Below, piece after piece: positions 19,776-29,976 of a stretch of DNA of 64,000 nt. The notes under the pieces are model-generated. The model was not told the origin of the DNA. It did no database searches and saw nothing but the letters and a program-made list of their open reading frames with translations. Source of the stretch: Spirochaetota bacterium (GTDB taxonomy: Bacteria > Spirochaetota > UBA4802 > UBA5550); the NCBI GenBank assembly GCA_050298055.1, contig JBNKTL010000005.1, positions 34,149-98,148 of the forward strand, given 5' to 3'. Each line of letters opens with the position of its first letter. Position 1 is the first letter of the stretch. Both the position numbers and the translations under genes were made by a program.

Positions 19776-20440
19776 AAATATCAAGAATTGCATACCTCCT
19801 GATGCCGGTATCTATCTACATGGCATTCATGTTCGCGCCCCCGGCTGAGATTCTCGGGGACGCAAGCCGGATAATCTATTTTCATGTGCCCCTGGCATGG
19901 GGGTCCGCGCTGGCTTTTATTTATTCGGGGATTGTTTCGATTCTCCACCTGGTTGATAAAGATAAGAAGTACATGCTGCTGGACGAGAAGGCGTATAATT
20001 CCGCCCATGTGGGGATGCTCTATACAATTCTCGCACTGATTACCGGCTCCATCTGGGCCAAGGTCAGCTGGGGGAGCTACTGGAACTGGGACCCCCGTCA
20101 GACCTCCATAACAGCGCTTGTCCTCATATACATCGCCTATTTCAGCCTCTGGTCCGCACTCTCCGGCAACGCGAACAGGGGGAGGATCTGTTCATCCTAC
20201 CTGATCTTTGCCATGGTTACCGTTCCCTTCTTTGTTTTCATTATACCGAGGATGTATCCCACATTGCACCCTGATCCGATTATTAACCCGGAGAAAAAAC
20301 TCAAACTTGACGTATCAATGAGGATAACCCTGCTTACGGCAATGGTTGCGTTTACTCTACTCTATACATATCTTTTGAGTCTCATGAACAGACTGTCACG
20401 GGCAGAGAATACATTTAAGGACAAGTTTGATGAAATATAG
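19772..20440 (+). CDS. ccmC: heme exporter protein CcmC
   Basis: WGSYWNWDPRQT tryptophan-rich WWD motif and flanking conserved His residues. 222 aa. Confidence 0.85.
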   Translation: MKISRIAYLLMPVSIYMAFMFAPPAEILGDASRIIYFHVPLAWGSALAFIYSGIVSILHLVDKDKKYMLLDEKAYNSAHVGMLYTILALITGSIWAKVSWGSYWNWDPRQTSITALVLIYIAYFSLWSALSGNANRGRICSSYLIFAMVTVPFFVFIIPRMYPTLHPDPIINPEKKLKLDVSMRITLLTAMVAFTLLYTYLLSLMNRLSRAENTFKDKFDEI

Positions 20441-20759
20441 AAGCGCAATAATTATTTTTTTCGTAACAATACACTTTCTTGCCTTCCCAATTAAGTTTCA
20501 AAAGCCCGGAGAGAAGCTGTCTCATACCGGTAAATGGGAAAATATCTGTGCCGGAACCGCATTTTCGAAGCTTTACGCGGATGAAAAAAAGAGTTCCGCT
20601 CAACCGGAAACAGCTGTAAAAGAAGAAGAGAGCCCGGAGAAGGGAAAGCTCTTCAAGGTCATGGTTGTTGTTATGGCCATATGGCTGGGACTGGCATTCT
20701 ACCTCTTCAGGCTCGACAAAAAAATTACCCGATTGGAGAAAGACGTTAATGAACTTTAA
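20427..20759 (+). CDS. CcmD-like small membrane protein (true start possibly internal, near 20661)
   Basis: The C-terminal 33 aa (MVVVMAIWLGLAFYLFRLDKKITRLEKDVNEL) resembles CcmD: one TM helix then a basic/acidic tail. The stop overlaps the ccmE start. Confidence 0.4.
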   Translation: MMKYRSAIIIFFVTIHFLAFPIKFQKPGEKLSHTGKWENICAGTAFSKLYADEKKSSAQPETAVKEEESPEKGKLFKVMVVVMAIWLGLAFYLFRLDKKITRLEKDVNEL

Positions 20760-21144
20760 GAGAATGGGAATTTTCCTGGGGGCAATGATTCTCCTCATCG
20801 TTGCCATATTGTCCCTGAGTGATGATGTAATGACCCCCTATGTTACGGTGGCCGAGGCAAAAGAGGCTTCCGGTAAACTGGTGCAGGTTATCGGCAAGCT
20901 TGATAAATCCGTACCCCGGAAGCATACGGAGAAGGAGCTCTTCTATACAATTATCGATGATAAAAAAGTAACCATGGACGTGGTCTATACAGGGATAAAA
21001 CCGCAGAACTTTGAGAGGGCCGACCAGATCGTTTCCCGGGGAAAGTATGATACCGGGAAAAATATCTTCGTGGCAGACAGGATCCTTGTAAAATGTCCGT
21101 CCAAGTATAAAGAAGAGCACCCGGAAAGGGTAAAGGGGAATTAA
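20749..21144 (+). CDS. ccmE: cytochrome c-type biogenesis heme chaperone CcmE, CxxxY variant
   Basis: N-terminal membrane anchor and OB-fold body. The C-terminal ILVKCPSKYKEEHPE aligns to the canonical VLAKHDENYTPPE heme-binding region with Cys (codon 21094..21096) in place of His. The ORF track starts at 20665; the ATG at 20749 overlapping the ccmD stop is preferred. Confidence 0.8.
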   Translation: MNFKRMGIFLGAMILLIVAILSLSDDVMTPYVTVAEAKEASGKLVQVIGKLDKSVPRKHTEKELFYTIIDDKKVTMDVVYTGIKPQNFERADQIVSRGKYDTGKNIFVADRILVKCPSKYKEEHPERVKGN

Positions 21145-21150
21145 ACGAAC

Positions 21151-23334
21151 ATGAATTTGGGAAATCTATTACTCTACGCGTCTCTTGCTGCATCCATGGC
21201 TGCGGTTTTCTTCTATTTACGGAATACCGGCGGCAGTGAGCCGGGCATCAATCTCTCAAGAAAGCTCTTTTACACGACAAGTCTCCTCATAGGAGCTGCT
21301 GTTATCCTGCTCCTTTTTTATTTTTTAAATAATGATTTCAGGTTCTCCTATGTGTATGCCTATTCCAACAGGGAACTTGAGTGGTACTACCTGGTGTCCG
21401 CCTTCTGGGCGGGCCAGCCCGGGAGTTTCCTCCTCTGGCTTTTTATCCTGAACATCTTCGGTATCTTTGTTATCAGGAAACATGATGAAGAAGAAAATAT
21501 TCTGATGACGGTAATGATACTGGTCCAGGTCGCAATAATTGTTCTGCTGGTTGTGGACAGTCCCTTTAAATATATCTGGGACCAGTACACGAACCTCAGG
21601 CCGGGAGAGTTTCCCCCGGACGGTTCGGGATTAAATCCCCTCCTTATTGACCCGTGGATGATTGTCCATCCGCCGGTCCTCTTTGTGGGTTATGCGTCCG
21701 CCACAGTCCCCTTCGCCTATACCATTGACGGTCTTATAAGAAAGGACTATACCTCGTGGATAAACAGGTCTTATAACTGGGTGATGTTCAGCTTTGTCTC
21801 CCTGGGAATCGGAATATTCCTGGGAGGATACTGGTCATACAAGGTCCTCGGATGGGGCGGTTACTGGGGATGGGACCCGGTGGAGAATTCCTCCCTTGTC
21901 CCCTGGCTTGTGGGCCTCATCCTCTTTCACAGCATGCTCCTTTACAGAAGAAAGAAAGTCCTGGTAAGAACAACCGTTCTCGCATCACTGTTGTACATTA
22001 TCTTTGTCTTCTACGGGACCTATCTTACCCGAAGCGGTATTCTCAAGGACTTTTCGGTCCATTCCTTCGGTGATTCGGTTATCGGGGTTTTCCTGGGTGT
22101 TTTTATTCTCCTCCTTATTGCCGTGAGCGGTTTTCTTTATGTTAAGCGGTTCAGGGACATGAAGCCCCTTTCACAGCCGGTTGACCAGAACCTCTTCAGC
22201 TGGGACACTCTCCTGGCCTATGGTCTTATCACGCTGGGGGTCTATACGTTCCTTATCCTGATTGGAACCTCCTGGCCCATCATTACCGGGATAATTTTAC
22301 CAAAGGCAATTGTTGTTACTGAGAAGTTCTATAACAGCATCTCCATACCCTTCGGGATACTCCTGCTGTTCCTTATGGTGTTTTCAACCCTGGCAGTTTC
22401 TTCAAAGAAACTCCTGGACATCAAGGATTTTGTTGCCATGGGCGGGGCAGTTGTCATTGCGGTTTTTTTCAACCTTATGTTTACCGATAAGATTGCGGCA
22501 TATGCTTTAACCGCTGTGTCCCTGTTTGTAGTCCTTGAATTTCTCTACGATTTTTCAAAGCTGAAACCTTCGGCGATTCTGGCATCCCGGCTCTCCCACA
22601 TTGGTCTTGGACTGATGGTTGTCGGTGTTATTACTTCAGGTTTTCATTCAACAACCGACCAGAAAAAGTTATTTCTCAACAGGCCTGAAACAGTTGGTGG
22701 TGTTAACCTGACCTTTAACGGCTTTACAAGGGAGAAGGAAGCATCAATGATCTTTACGCTGAGGGACGGTGATACTTCCCGGCGCATTGCCATGAAATAT
22801 TACATGTCAGAGAAGATGAAGTCCCTCTACAGGGAACCATATATAGATTACGGTTTTCTCGGAGATACCTACATTATCCCCGAGGATTACACACCGTCGT
22901 CAATTGCCGACAATAACGTGGTCCTGGCAAAGGGGCAGCAGCAGAATATCGGCGGTGTGGATGTTAAATTTCTTAAATTTGACGCACGGCAGATGAGGGC
23001 GGCGGAACCGGTCATCTACGCGGAACTTCTTGTAAACGGGAAACGGGTCAAACCCGGAATAAAGATTGATAAGCGAAAGGCAAACAGGATCGACGCGAAG
23101 GTCCCCGGGACAGACCGGGTCATTTCCCTTCTCAGAATCAATCCCAGCGATGAGCTGATAGATATATTTGTCAGTCCCGGTAAGGATGTTAAAGTGGTCC
23201 CCGACAGTGTCATCGTGAAAGTCTCGCATAAAAGGCTTATCTGGATTGTCTGGCTGGGGACAGTGTTAATAACAATTGGCGGCTGCTATGCGATTTACAG
23301 ACACAGGCCCGCGTCTGCCGCGAAAAATGCCTGA
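21151..23334 (+). CDS. ccmF: cytochrome c-type biogenesis protein CcmF (heme lyase component)
   Basis: 727 aa polytopic membrane protein with a WGGYWGWDPVEN WWD domain and a C-terminal periplasmic domain. Confidence 0.85.
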   Translation: MNLGNLLLYASLAASMAAVFFYLRNTGGSEPGINLSRKLFYTTSLLIGAAVILLLFYFLNNDFRFSYVYAYSNRELEWYYLVSAFWAGQPGSFLLWLFILNIFGIFVIRKHDEEENILMTVMILVQVAIIVLLVVDSPFKYIWDQYTNLRPGEFPPDGSGLNPLLIDPWMIVHPPVLFVGYASATVPFAYTIDGLIRKDYTSWINRSYNWVMFSFVSLGIGIFLGGYWSYKVLGWGGYWGWDPVENSSLVPWLVGLILFHSMLLYRRKKVLVRTTVLASLLYIIFVFYGTYLTRSGILKDFSVHSFGDSVIGVFLGVFILLLIAVSGFLYVKRFRDMKPLSQPVDQNLFSWDTLLAYGLITLGVYTFLILIGTSWPIITGIILPKAIVVTEKFYNSISIPFGILLLFLMVFSTLAVSSKKLLDIKDFVAMGGAVVIAVFFNLMFTDKIAAYALTAVSLFVVLEFLYDFSKLKPSAILASRLSHIGLGLMVVGVITSGFHSTTDQKKLFLNRPETVGGVNLTFNGFTREKEASMIFTLRDGDTSRRIAMKYYMSEKMKSLYREPYIDYGFLGDTYIIPEDYTPSSIADNNVVLAKGQQQNIGGVDVKFLKFDARQMRAAEPVIYAELLVNGKRVKPGIKIDKRKANRIDAKVPGTDRVISLLRINPSDELIDIFVSPGKDVKVVPDSVIVKVSHKRLIWIVWLGTVLITIGGCYAIYRHRPASAAKNA

Positions 23335-23390
23335 CCTGTTAAGGTGAGAACAGCCGGGCTGAGAGGGAATAAAGAGGGACGGGACACAGG

Positions 23391-24245
23391 ATGTTTAGTA
23401 TTTTATTTGCAATAACAATTATACTGTTTTCCACTACATCAGTATTGTGCATGATGGCGATTTACTCGGTCAATGAGAGATACCAGTGGATTATCCGGAT
23501 GCTCATTCCCGCTTCGGTCGTTTCATTTCTTTTCCTCGGATTTATGAGGGTCTATTATTCGGAGATAAACACCTTTTTCTATCTCGCATCGGCAATCTGG
23601 AGTTATTTCTACCTCTTTTCCCTGGTGCTTCTGCTGGTCCTTGTCTACCTCTTTTTCTCAAAGTGGAAAACATACTGGAAACCCTTTGTGGCATTGATGT
23701 TTCCCTTTGTTACGATCATTTTGCTCATATCAACACCCTTTATCAATTCAACGAGAAGGGTCTCAATCGATATAACCGGGAGTATTTTTGCCAACCACCT
23801 TCTTCCGGTCCATATATTTTTCACAATTGTGGGAGAGTTGTTTTTCTTTTTAAGTTTTGTGGGGTCAGTTCTCTACCTGGTCATGGAGTGGCAGTTGAGG
23901 CGAAAGGCTTCCATGAGGCTTATCTATAAGCTTCCCACTCTTGAAACAATTGAAAAGTTCAACATGTGGGCAATCATACGGTCATTTCTTCTTCTTACTA
24001 TCGGGCTTTACTTTGGGCTTACCATGGCTTTTACAAATTTCCACACACCGTTTATGGGTACGGCCAAGGAAATGCATATTTATTTTTCCTGGATCGTTAT
24101 CCTGGGGATTTTCTTTCTGAGGAGAATGAAAAAGCTTGTTTCCCACAAGGTGAACCTGATAAACGCGGTGCTTTTTCTCATTATTATGTTTCTCTTTATG
24201 TTCACGAATATATATATTACCAAGGGTTTTCACAGCTTCCAATAG
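23391..24245 (+). CDS. HemX-like membrane protein of the cytochrome c assembly (CcsA/ResC) family
   Basis: 284 aa, about 8 TM helices, Trp/aromatic-rich loops. It sits immediately upstream of and overlapping hemA, as in hemAX-type operons. Confidence 0.5.
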   Translation: MFSILFAITIILFSTTSVLCMMAIYSVNERYQWIIRMLIPASVVSFLFLGFMRVYYSEINTFFYLASAIWSYFYLFSLVLLLVLVYLFFSKWKTYWKPFVALMFPFVTIILLISTPFINSTRRVSIDITGSIFANHLLPVHIFFTIVGELFFFLSFVGSVLYLVMEWQLRRKASMRLIYKLPTLETIEKFNMWAIIRSFLLLTIGLYFGLTMAFTNFHTPFMGTAKEMHIYFSWIVILGIFFLRRMKKLVSHKVNLINAVLFLIIMFLFMFTNIYITKGFHSFQ

Positions 24246-24247
24246 AG

Positions 24248-25564
24248 ATGAATAAGGATACAAATAAATCAGAAACTCCGGAAGTGGGTCTTATCGGCAT
24301 GAGTCATAAAACTGCGCCGGTTGATCTCCGGGAGCAGTTTGCGTTTACTGACGAAGAGATATCAAAATACATGGACCTCCTGCATGACCAAGGGATTGAA
24401 GAGACCGTATGTGTGTCAACATGCAACAGGGTGGAGATCTATTTTGCTTCCAGCAATGTCCGGGAAGCAGCGGAGCATATCATGAAGCTCCTGGAGGAGA
24501 AATCACAGACCAGCAGGAAGAAATTCGAAAAGATCCTCTATAAAAAGTATTCAAAAGATGCCATTAACCATGCAATGATGGTCTCCGCTTCACTGGATTC
24601 CCTGGTTGTGGGAGAGGATGAGATCCTGGGACAGATGAAGGACGCGTACAGGAAGTCAGCGGGAGAGAAGAGAACCGGGCAGGTCCTCAACAGGCTTTTT
24701 CACACTGCTTTTAAAACAGCAAAAAAGATACGGACTGAGACCGAGATAGCCCGCAACCCCCTTTCCGTGGCGTATATTGCAACCGAACTGGCAATGAAGG
24801 TGTTCGAGGATATCTCCAAGAGGAAGGCCCTGCTCATTGGCGCAGGTGAGATGGGTGAACTTATTCTCAAGTATCTTACAAAGTACAATATCAGCGAGAT
24901 ATTCCTGGCAAACAGGTCGTTCCACAACGCGGAAAAAATCGCGCAGGAGATCAACAGGGACGCCCACATAATACCCCTGGAGGACATTACCGATGTGGCC
25001 GGCAAGGTTGATATTATCGTCTCATCTGTTTCTGTTCCGGAGTATATATTCAATACCGAAATGGGCAGGGAGGTTACCCGGGAAAGGGGGGACCAGCCCC
25101 TCTTTATGATAGACATATCCATACCCAGAAGTCTCGACCCGGGCCTTTCCGGAATGGACAATATATTTCTCTACAATGTTGATGACCTTCAGACAATTGC
25201 GGACGAAAATTTAAAGAACAGGCTGAAAGAAGTTGACCTTGCCCGGCAGCTTATCGAATCTGATGTGGATGAATTCTTTGCCTGGTATGAGGGACTGGTT
25301 GTGGTACCGGCAATTGTCTGTATACAGGAGAAGTTTGATGAGATAAGGTGCCGGGAACTGGGAAAGTACCGGAAGAGAAAACTGAAACACCTCTCTGACG
25401 AAGATTTCAAGCTCATAGAGGACCTGACGAACCAGATCATGACCAAGACATTGCATAATCCCATCATGTTTTTGAGAAGCTTTAATGCCGCGGACGATGA
25501 TGAAAAAAAGGCCATAAAAGAGAACGTGAAGATCATTGAAGACCTCTTCCGGATGAGGGCATAA
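24248..25564 (+). CDS. hemA: glutamyl-tRNA reductase HemA
   Basis: VGLIGMSHKTAPVDLREQFAF and CNRVEIY (catalytic Cys) motifs, and a GAGEMG NADPH-binding site. The ORF track starts at 23966, but the ATG at 24248 gives the canonical N-terminus. Confidence 0.9.
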   Translation: MNKDTNKSETPEVGLIGMSHKTAPVDLREQFAFTDEEISKYMDLLHDQGIEETVCVSTCNRVEIYFASSNVREAAEHIMKLLEEKSQTSRKKFEKILYKKYSKDAINHAMMVSASLDSLVVGEDEILGQMKDAYRKSAGEKRTGQVLNRLFHTAFKTAKKIRTETEIARNPLSVAYIATELAMKVFEDISKRKALLIGAGEMGELILKYLTKYNISEIFLANRSFHNAEKIAQEINRDAHIIPLEDITDVAGKVDIIVSSVSVPEYIFNTEMGREVTRERGDQPLFMIDISIPRSLDPGLSGMDNIFLYNVDDLQTIADENLKNRLKEVDLARQLIESDVDEFFAWYEGLVVVPAIVCIQEKFDEIRCRELGKYRKRKLKHLSDEDFKLIEDLTNQIMTKTLHNPIMFLRSFNAADDDEKKAIKENVKIIEDLFRMRA

Positions 25565-25655
25565 ATTTTCCATTACATCACTTCGTTCCACATGATGACA
25601 GGGTCTTCAGCTTGAAACTCGAAACTTGGAACTAAACTTATAACGGATAGATTTT

Positions 25656-26558
25656 ATGAAAATACGAATTGGAACCAGGGGAAGCCAGCTGGCCCTCTGG
25701 CAGGCGGAACATGTAGCGGGCCTTCTCGGAAGAGAGAAAACGGAAATTGTTATTATCAAGACTAAGGGTGACCGGATACTCAATGTCTCCTTTGACAAGA
25801 TGGAGGGGAAGGGCTTCTTTACAAAGGAGATCGAGGCGGCACTTCTGGAGAACAGGGTTGACCTTGCCGTTCATTCTCTCAAGGACCTTCCCACCGAGAG
25901 CGTACCGGAACTGACCGTTGCCGCCATACCTCCCCGGGAAGAGCCGTGGGATGTCCTCCTTATAAGAAAGGAAGCGCATGAAGAGACAGGTGACTTCCCG
26001 GTGAAAAAGGGGGCCGTGGTGGGAACAAGTTCCCTGAGAAGACTGGCACAGCTGAAGTATAAACGAAACGACCTCACTGTCAAAGCCCTCAGGGGCAACG
26101 TGAATACCCGGCTGCGAAAACTTAACGAAGGAGAGTACGATGCCATTGTACTGGCCTATGCGGGGATGAAGAGGGTGGACCTTGATACAACCGGCCTGGA
26201 AGTTTTTACCATACCCCCGGATATTTTTCTCCCCGCCCCGGCACAGGGCGCCCTGGGCCTCCAGACGAGGAGGGAGGACCTGCGAACCATCAAGGCTGTA
26301 GAGCACCTGAACCATGGTGACACCGTTCGCGCGGTGACCGCGGAAAGGGCCTTCCTTCACCACTTTGGCGGAGGCTGTCACATCCCCCTGGGATCACTTG
26401 CCCTTATTGAGGATGACGAGATATCCATGCAGGGGATCGTGGCATCAACCGACGGCAGGACCGCTTTGAAGGACACGGTCCGCGGGAAAGACCCCGGGAG
26501 AGCGGGACTTGAACTGGCAAAAAAACTAAAAGAGAAAGGGGCCGATAAGCTCCTCTGA
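25656..26558 (+). CDS. hemC: hydroxymethylbilane synthase (porphobilinogen deaminase) HemC
   Basis: MKIRIGTRGSQLALWQAEHV N-terminus and the cofactor-binding C-terminal domain with conserved Cys (GGGCHIPLG). Confidence 0.9.
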   Translation: MKIRIGTRGSQLALWQAEHVAGLLGREKTEIVIIKTKGDRILNVSFDKMEGKGFFTKEIEAALLENRVDLAVHSLKDLPTESVPELTVAAIPPREEPWDVLLIRKEAHEETGDFPVKKGAVVGTSSLRRLAQLKYKRNDLTVKALRGNVNTRLRKLNEGEYDAIVLAYAGMKRVDLDTTGLEVFTIPPDIFLPAPAQGALGLQTRREDLRTIKAVEHLNHGDTVRAVTAERAFLHHFGGGCHIPLGSLALIEDDEISMQGIVASTDGRTALKDTVRGKDPGRAGLELAKKLKEKGADKLL

Positions 26559-26586
26559 TACGAACAGGGAGAGAGAAGACAGCAGG

Positions 26587-27354
26587 ATGGATAAAAAGCC
26601 TCTCTACGGGAAAAAGATAGCCGTAACCAGGAACAGGGAGCAGGCGGGGTTCCTTGTTGAGATGCTTGCGTCCCGTGGCGCGGATGTCATTGAATTTCCT
26701 ACCATTGAGGTAAAGCCCCTTGATGACCTTTCCGGCCTTGAAAAAGCCATAAGCGAGATCGAGAGTTTTCACTGGATCTTTCTAACGTCCCGGAACGCGG
26801 TCACGGTTTTTTTTGATAAACTGAAAGAGATGGGTCTTCCCAGGGAAAGTCTTACCGGTACCGGTTTTGCTGCTGTGGGGCCCGCAACAGCAAGGTGCCT
26901 TGAAAGTTACGGGATAAAGCCGGAACTTGTTCCCGATGAATTTGTCGCCGAAGGACTGGTTGAAGCATCGGCCAGGACCGGTGTCAGCGGGAAGAAGATC
27001 CTCCTGCCGTCGGCTGCGGGGGCCCGGGATGTTCTTGCAGGGGGCCTCAGGGATCTCGGGGCGGACGTGGTGCGGATAAACACGTACCATTCGGTAAAAC
27101 CGGAATCGGCCCCCGCGAAGAGGGTCAGGGCCGTAAAGGAGGCGGATGTCATTACCCTTACCAGCTCCTCAACGGCGGAAAACCTCTTCTCCCTTGTCCC
27201 GGATATATCGAGTATCTACGCGTGCATCGGTCCCGCCACGGCGGATACCGTGAGAAAACTTGGCCGCGAGCCGCATATTATTGCCGGGGAGTATACACTG
27301 GCGGGACTTGTGGATGCCATTGTTGACTACTATTCGGGTATAATTGAATTGTGA
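26587..27354 (+). CDS. hemD: uroporphyrinogen-III synthase HemD
   Basis: 255 aa HEM4-family two-domain protein (VTRNREQAGFLVEMLASRGADVIEFPTIE) placed between hemC and hemB. Confidence 0.75.
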   Translation: MDKKPLYGKKIAVTRNREQAGFLVEMLASRGADVIEFPTIEVKPLDDLSGLEKAISEIESFHWIFLTSRNAVTVFFDKLKEMGLPRESLTGTGFAAVGPATARCLESYGIKPELVPDEFVAEGLVEASARTGVSGKKILLPSAAGARDVLAGGLRDLGADVVRINTYHSVKPESAPAKRVRAVKEADVITLTSSSTAENLFSLVPDISSIYACIGPATADTVRKLGREPHIIAGEYTLAGLVDAIVDYYSGIIEL

Positions 27355-27421
27355 TTGAAAATTATTAACTCACTTGCAATTATGAATGCCTTTTCAAAAT
27401 ATTTTAAATGGAGGAAACCAG

Positions 27422-28393
27422 ATGGACCTTGTCAACAGACCCCGGCGATTGAGGAAAAACAGTATTATCAGAGACCTGACCGCGGAGACCATTCTGGATA
27501 CCCGGAAACTGATATTCCCCTACTTTGTCACCGAAGGAAGCAGGATAAGAACACCTATCGAATCCATGCCGGGGATAGACAGGGTCTCCGTGGACAATCT
27601 CCTGAAAGACCTGGAGGGCGACCATAAGCGGGGAATTAATACCATCCTCCTCTTCGGAATTCCCCACAAAAAGGATGAAACGGGGACCGGGGCGTATTCT
27701 GACAGCGGGATCGTCCAGAAAGCGGTGAGGGAGATAAAGAAGAACTTTCCCGGTGTCTATGTGATTACCGACGTCTGTCTCTGTGAATTTACCGATCACG
27801 GGCACTGCGGAATTGTCAGAGACGGGGACGTTTTAAACGATCCCACACTGGAGCTTCTCAGCAGGACCGCGGTCTCCCAGGCCATGGCGGGGGCCGATAT
27901 GGTTGCGCCCTCTGACATGATGGACGGACGGGTGGGAGCAATACGGGAGGCCCTGGACGCCAAAGGGCTGACAGATGTGCCCATAATGTCCTATGCCGCC
28001 AAGTACAGCTCCGCCTTTTACGGCCCCTTCAGGGACGCCGCGGGGAGCGCCCCGCAGTTCGGGGACCGGAGAAGCTACCAGATGGATTTCAGGAACGGGA
28101 TAGAGGCGGAAAAGGAGGTCCTCATGGATATCGATGAGGGGGCCGATATTGTCATGGTGAAGCCGGCACTCTCCTACCTTGATATAATCTCCCGGGTCAA
28201 AGACATCGTGGACCTGCCGGTCTGCGCCTATAATGTCAGCGGCGAATACTCCATGGTAAAGGCCGCGGCGAAGCTGGGCATGGGTGACGAGGAGAGACTC
28301 ACCGTTGAGATCCTGGGATCGATTTTCCGGGCGGGTGCTGACATGATCATAACATACCATGCCCGGGATGTACTGAAGAATGGCTGGTTTTAA
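27422..28393 (+). CDS. hemB: porphobilinogen synthase (delta-aminolevulinate dehydratase) HemB
   Basis: RPRRLRK N-terminus, ITDVCLCEFTDHGHCG (Zn-Cys site), active-site Lys regions. The ATG at 27422 follows a GGAGG Shine-Dalgarno; the ORF track starts at 27386. Confidence 0.9.
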   Translation: MDLVNRPRRLRKNSIIRDLTAETILDTRKLIFPYFVTEGSRIRTPIESMPGIDRVSVDNLLKDLEGDHKRGINTILLFGIPHKKDETGTGAYSDSGIVQKAVREIKKNFPGVYVITDVCLCEFTDHGHCGIVRDGDVLNDPTLELLSRTAVSQAMAGADMVAPSDMMDGRVGAIREALDAKGLTDVPIMSYAAKYSSAFYGPFRDAAGSAPQFGDRRSYQMDFRNGIEAEKEVLMDIDEGADIVMVKPALSYLDIISRVKDIVDLPVCAYNVSGEYSMVKAAAKLGMGDEERLTVEILGSIFRAGADMIITYHARDVLKNGWF

Positions 28394-28410
28394 GAGAGGA
28401 AGAAATTAAA

Positions 28411-28558
28411 CATGAAGTGCACGAAGCAAGAGTTTTATAATGTTAAGTTTTAAATTTTGAATGTTAAATTAAAGAAATCGTTTTTGATTAGATAATTCAA
28501 AATTAAAAATTTAACATTCAACATTATCCGAAACTTCATGTACTTCGTGTACTTCGTG
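28411..28558. repeat. long imperfect palindrome / structured AT-rich element between hemB and hemL
   Basis: CATGAAGTGCACGAAG...AATGTTAAGTTTTAAATTTTGAATGTTAAATT is mirrored by AATTAAAAATTTAACATTCAACATT...CTTCATGTACTTCGTGTACTTCGTG. The second half includes a 2x TACTTCGTG direct repeat. Confidence 0.55.
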
Positions 28559-28614
28559 GTGAAAAAATCTTAAAAAGAAATTTTTTATATGAAAAAAAAC
28601 AACCGGAGCAATAA

Positions 28615-29904
28615 ATGAATAGGGAAAAATCAGAAAGGTTATACACTGAAGCACTGAATTACATGCCGGCGGGTGTTAACTCCCCTGTCAGGGCTTTCCG
28701 GTCCGTGGGGGGCACACCGGTTTTCATGAAGAGCGGCAGCGGATCACATCTTGTTGATGAAGACGGCAATGAGTATATTGACTACTGCATGTCGTGGGGA
28801 CCCATGATCCTGGGGCACGCGGACAGGGACATTATTGAAGCGGTCAGGGAAGCGGCCCTGAAGGGGACCAGCTTTGGTACACCTAACAGGTATGAGGTTG
28901 AACTGTCAAAAGGGGTAACAGGGGCCTTCCCTTCCATGGAGAAGGTCCGGTTTGTCAATTCGGGAACAGAGGCGACCATGTCGGCCATAAGGCTTGCCCG
29001 GGGTTACACCGGCAGGGACAGGATCGTAAAGTTTGACGGCTGTTATCACGGCCATGCTGATTTTCTCCTCGTTGCCGCAGGTTCGGGACTTGCGACCTTC
29101 GGGGCCCCCGATTCAGCCGGTGTTACCGCGGACAATGCAAAGGACACACTTGTGGTCCCCTATAACGATATTGAAGGCCTGGAAAAACTTCTTGAACAAG
29201 AGGGAAAGAATACCGCGGCCATAATCCTTGAGCCTGTTCCCTGTAACTATGGTCTCATCCTTCCCAACAGAGGTTACCTGGAAAAACTGAGGGAACTCTG
29301 TGACAGATATGGGATCGTTCTGATATTCGATGAGGTCATAAACGGTTTCCGGCTCGCTTTGGGAGGTGCCCAGGAATACTATGGTGTAAAGGCTGACCTG
29401 ACGACCCTGGGGAAGATAATCGGTGGCGGCCTTCCCGTTGGCGCCTACGGGGGAAAAAAGGAGATCATGGACAAAATTGCCCCTGACGGTCCCGTGTACC
29501 AGGCAGGAACACTCTCGGGAAATCCTCTTGCAATGACGGCGGGAATTGTCACACTGAAAAAACTTGGCGGCGGAAATATTTATCCTGAACTGAAGAAGAA
29601 GGGTGAGTCTCTGAAGAAAAAGCTGGAACCTGTTTTGGACCGGTACAGGGGGAAGGTGCTCTACCAGGAGCTGGAATCAATATTTTCGCTCTATTTTACT
29701 GACCGGGAGGTCATTACCTCCGTGGACCAGGTGAGAGGGTGTGATATGAAGAAGTTCGGTGAGTTCCATTCCCGGATGCTTTCCCGGGGGATCTATCTCT
29801 CACCTTCAGGATATGAAGTGGGCTTTCTCTCAACTGTGCATACCGAGGAAGATCTTGACAGGACAGCAGTTGCAGTTGAGGAATCGTTAAAGGCTATTTT
29901 CTGA
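28615..29904 (+). CDS. hemL: glutamate-1-semialdehyde 2,1-aminomutase HemL
   Basis: Class-III aminotransferase with LIFDEVINGFRLALGGAQEYYGV and the PLP-lysine region GKIIGGGLPVGAYGG. 429 aa. Confidence 0.9.
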   Translation: MNREKSERLYTEALNYMPAGVNSPVRAFRSVGGTPVFMKSGSGSHLVDEDGNEYIDYCMSWGPMILGHADRDIIEAVREAALKGTSFGTPNRYEVELSKGVTGAFPSMEKVRFVNSGTEATMSAIRLARGYTGRDRIVKFDGCYHGHADFLLVAAGSGLATFGAPDSAGVTADNAKDTLVVPYNDIEGLEKLLEQEGKNTAAIILEPVPCNYGLILPNRGYLEKLRELCDRYGIVLIFDEVINGFRLALGGAQEYYGVKADLTTLGKIIGGGLPVGAYGGKKEIMDKIAPDGPVYQAGTLSGNPLAMTAGIVTLKKLGGGNIYPELKKKGESLKKKLEPVLDRYRGKVLYQELESIFSLYFTDREVITSVDQVRGCDMKKFGEFHSRMLSRGIYLSPSGYEVGFLSTVHTEEDLDRTAVAVEESLKAIF

Positions 29905-29976
29905 TTTTTATTTATGGTTTTTAACTTAATTCAATGTAAAAGATATTTTAAACATTTTAATAAAAGGAGTTTCAAT

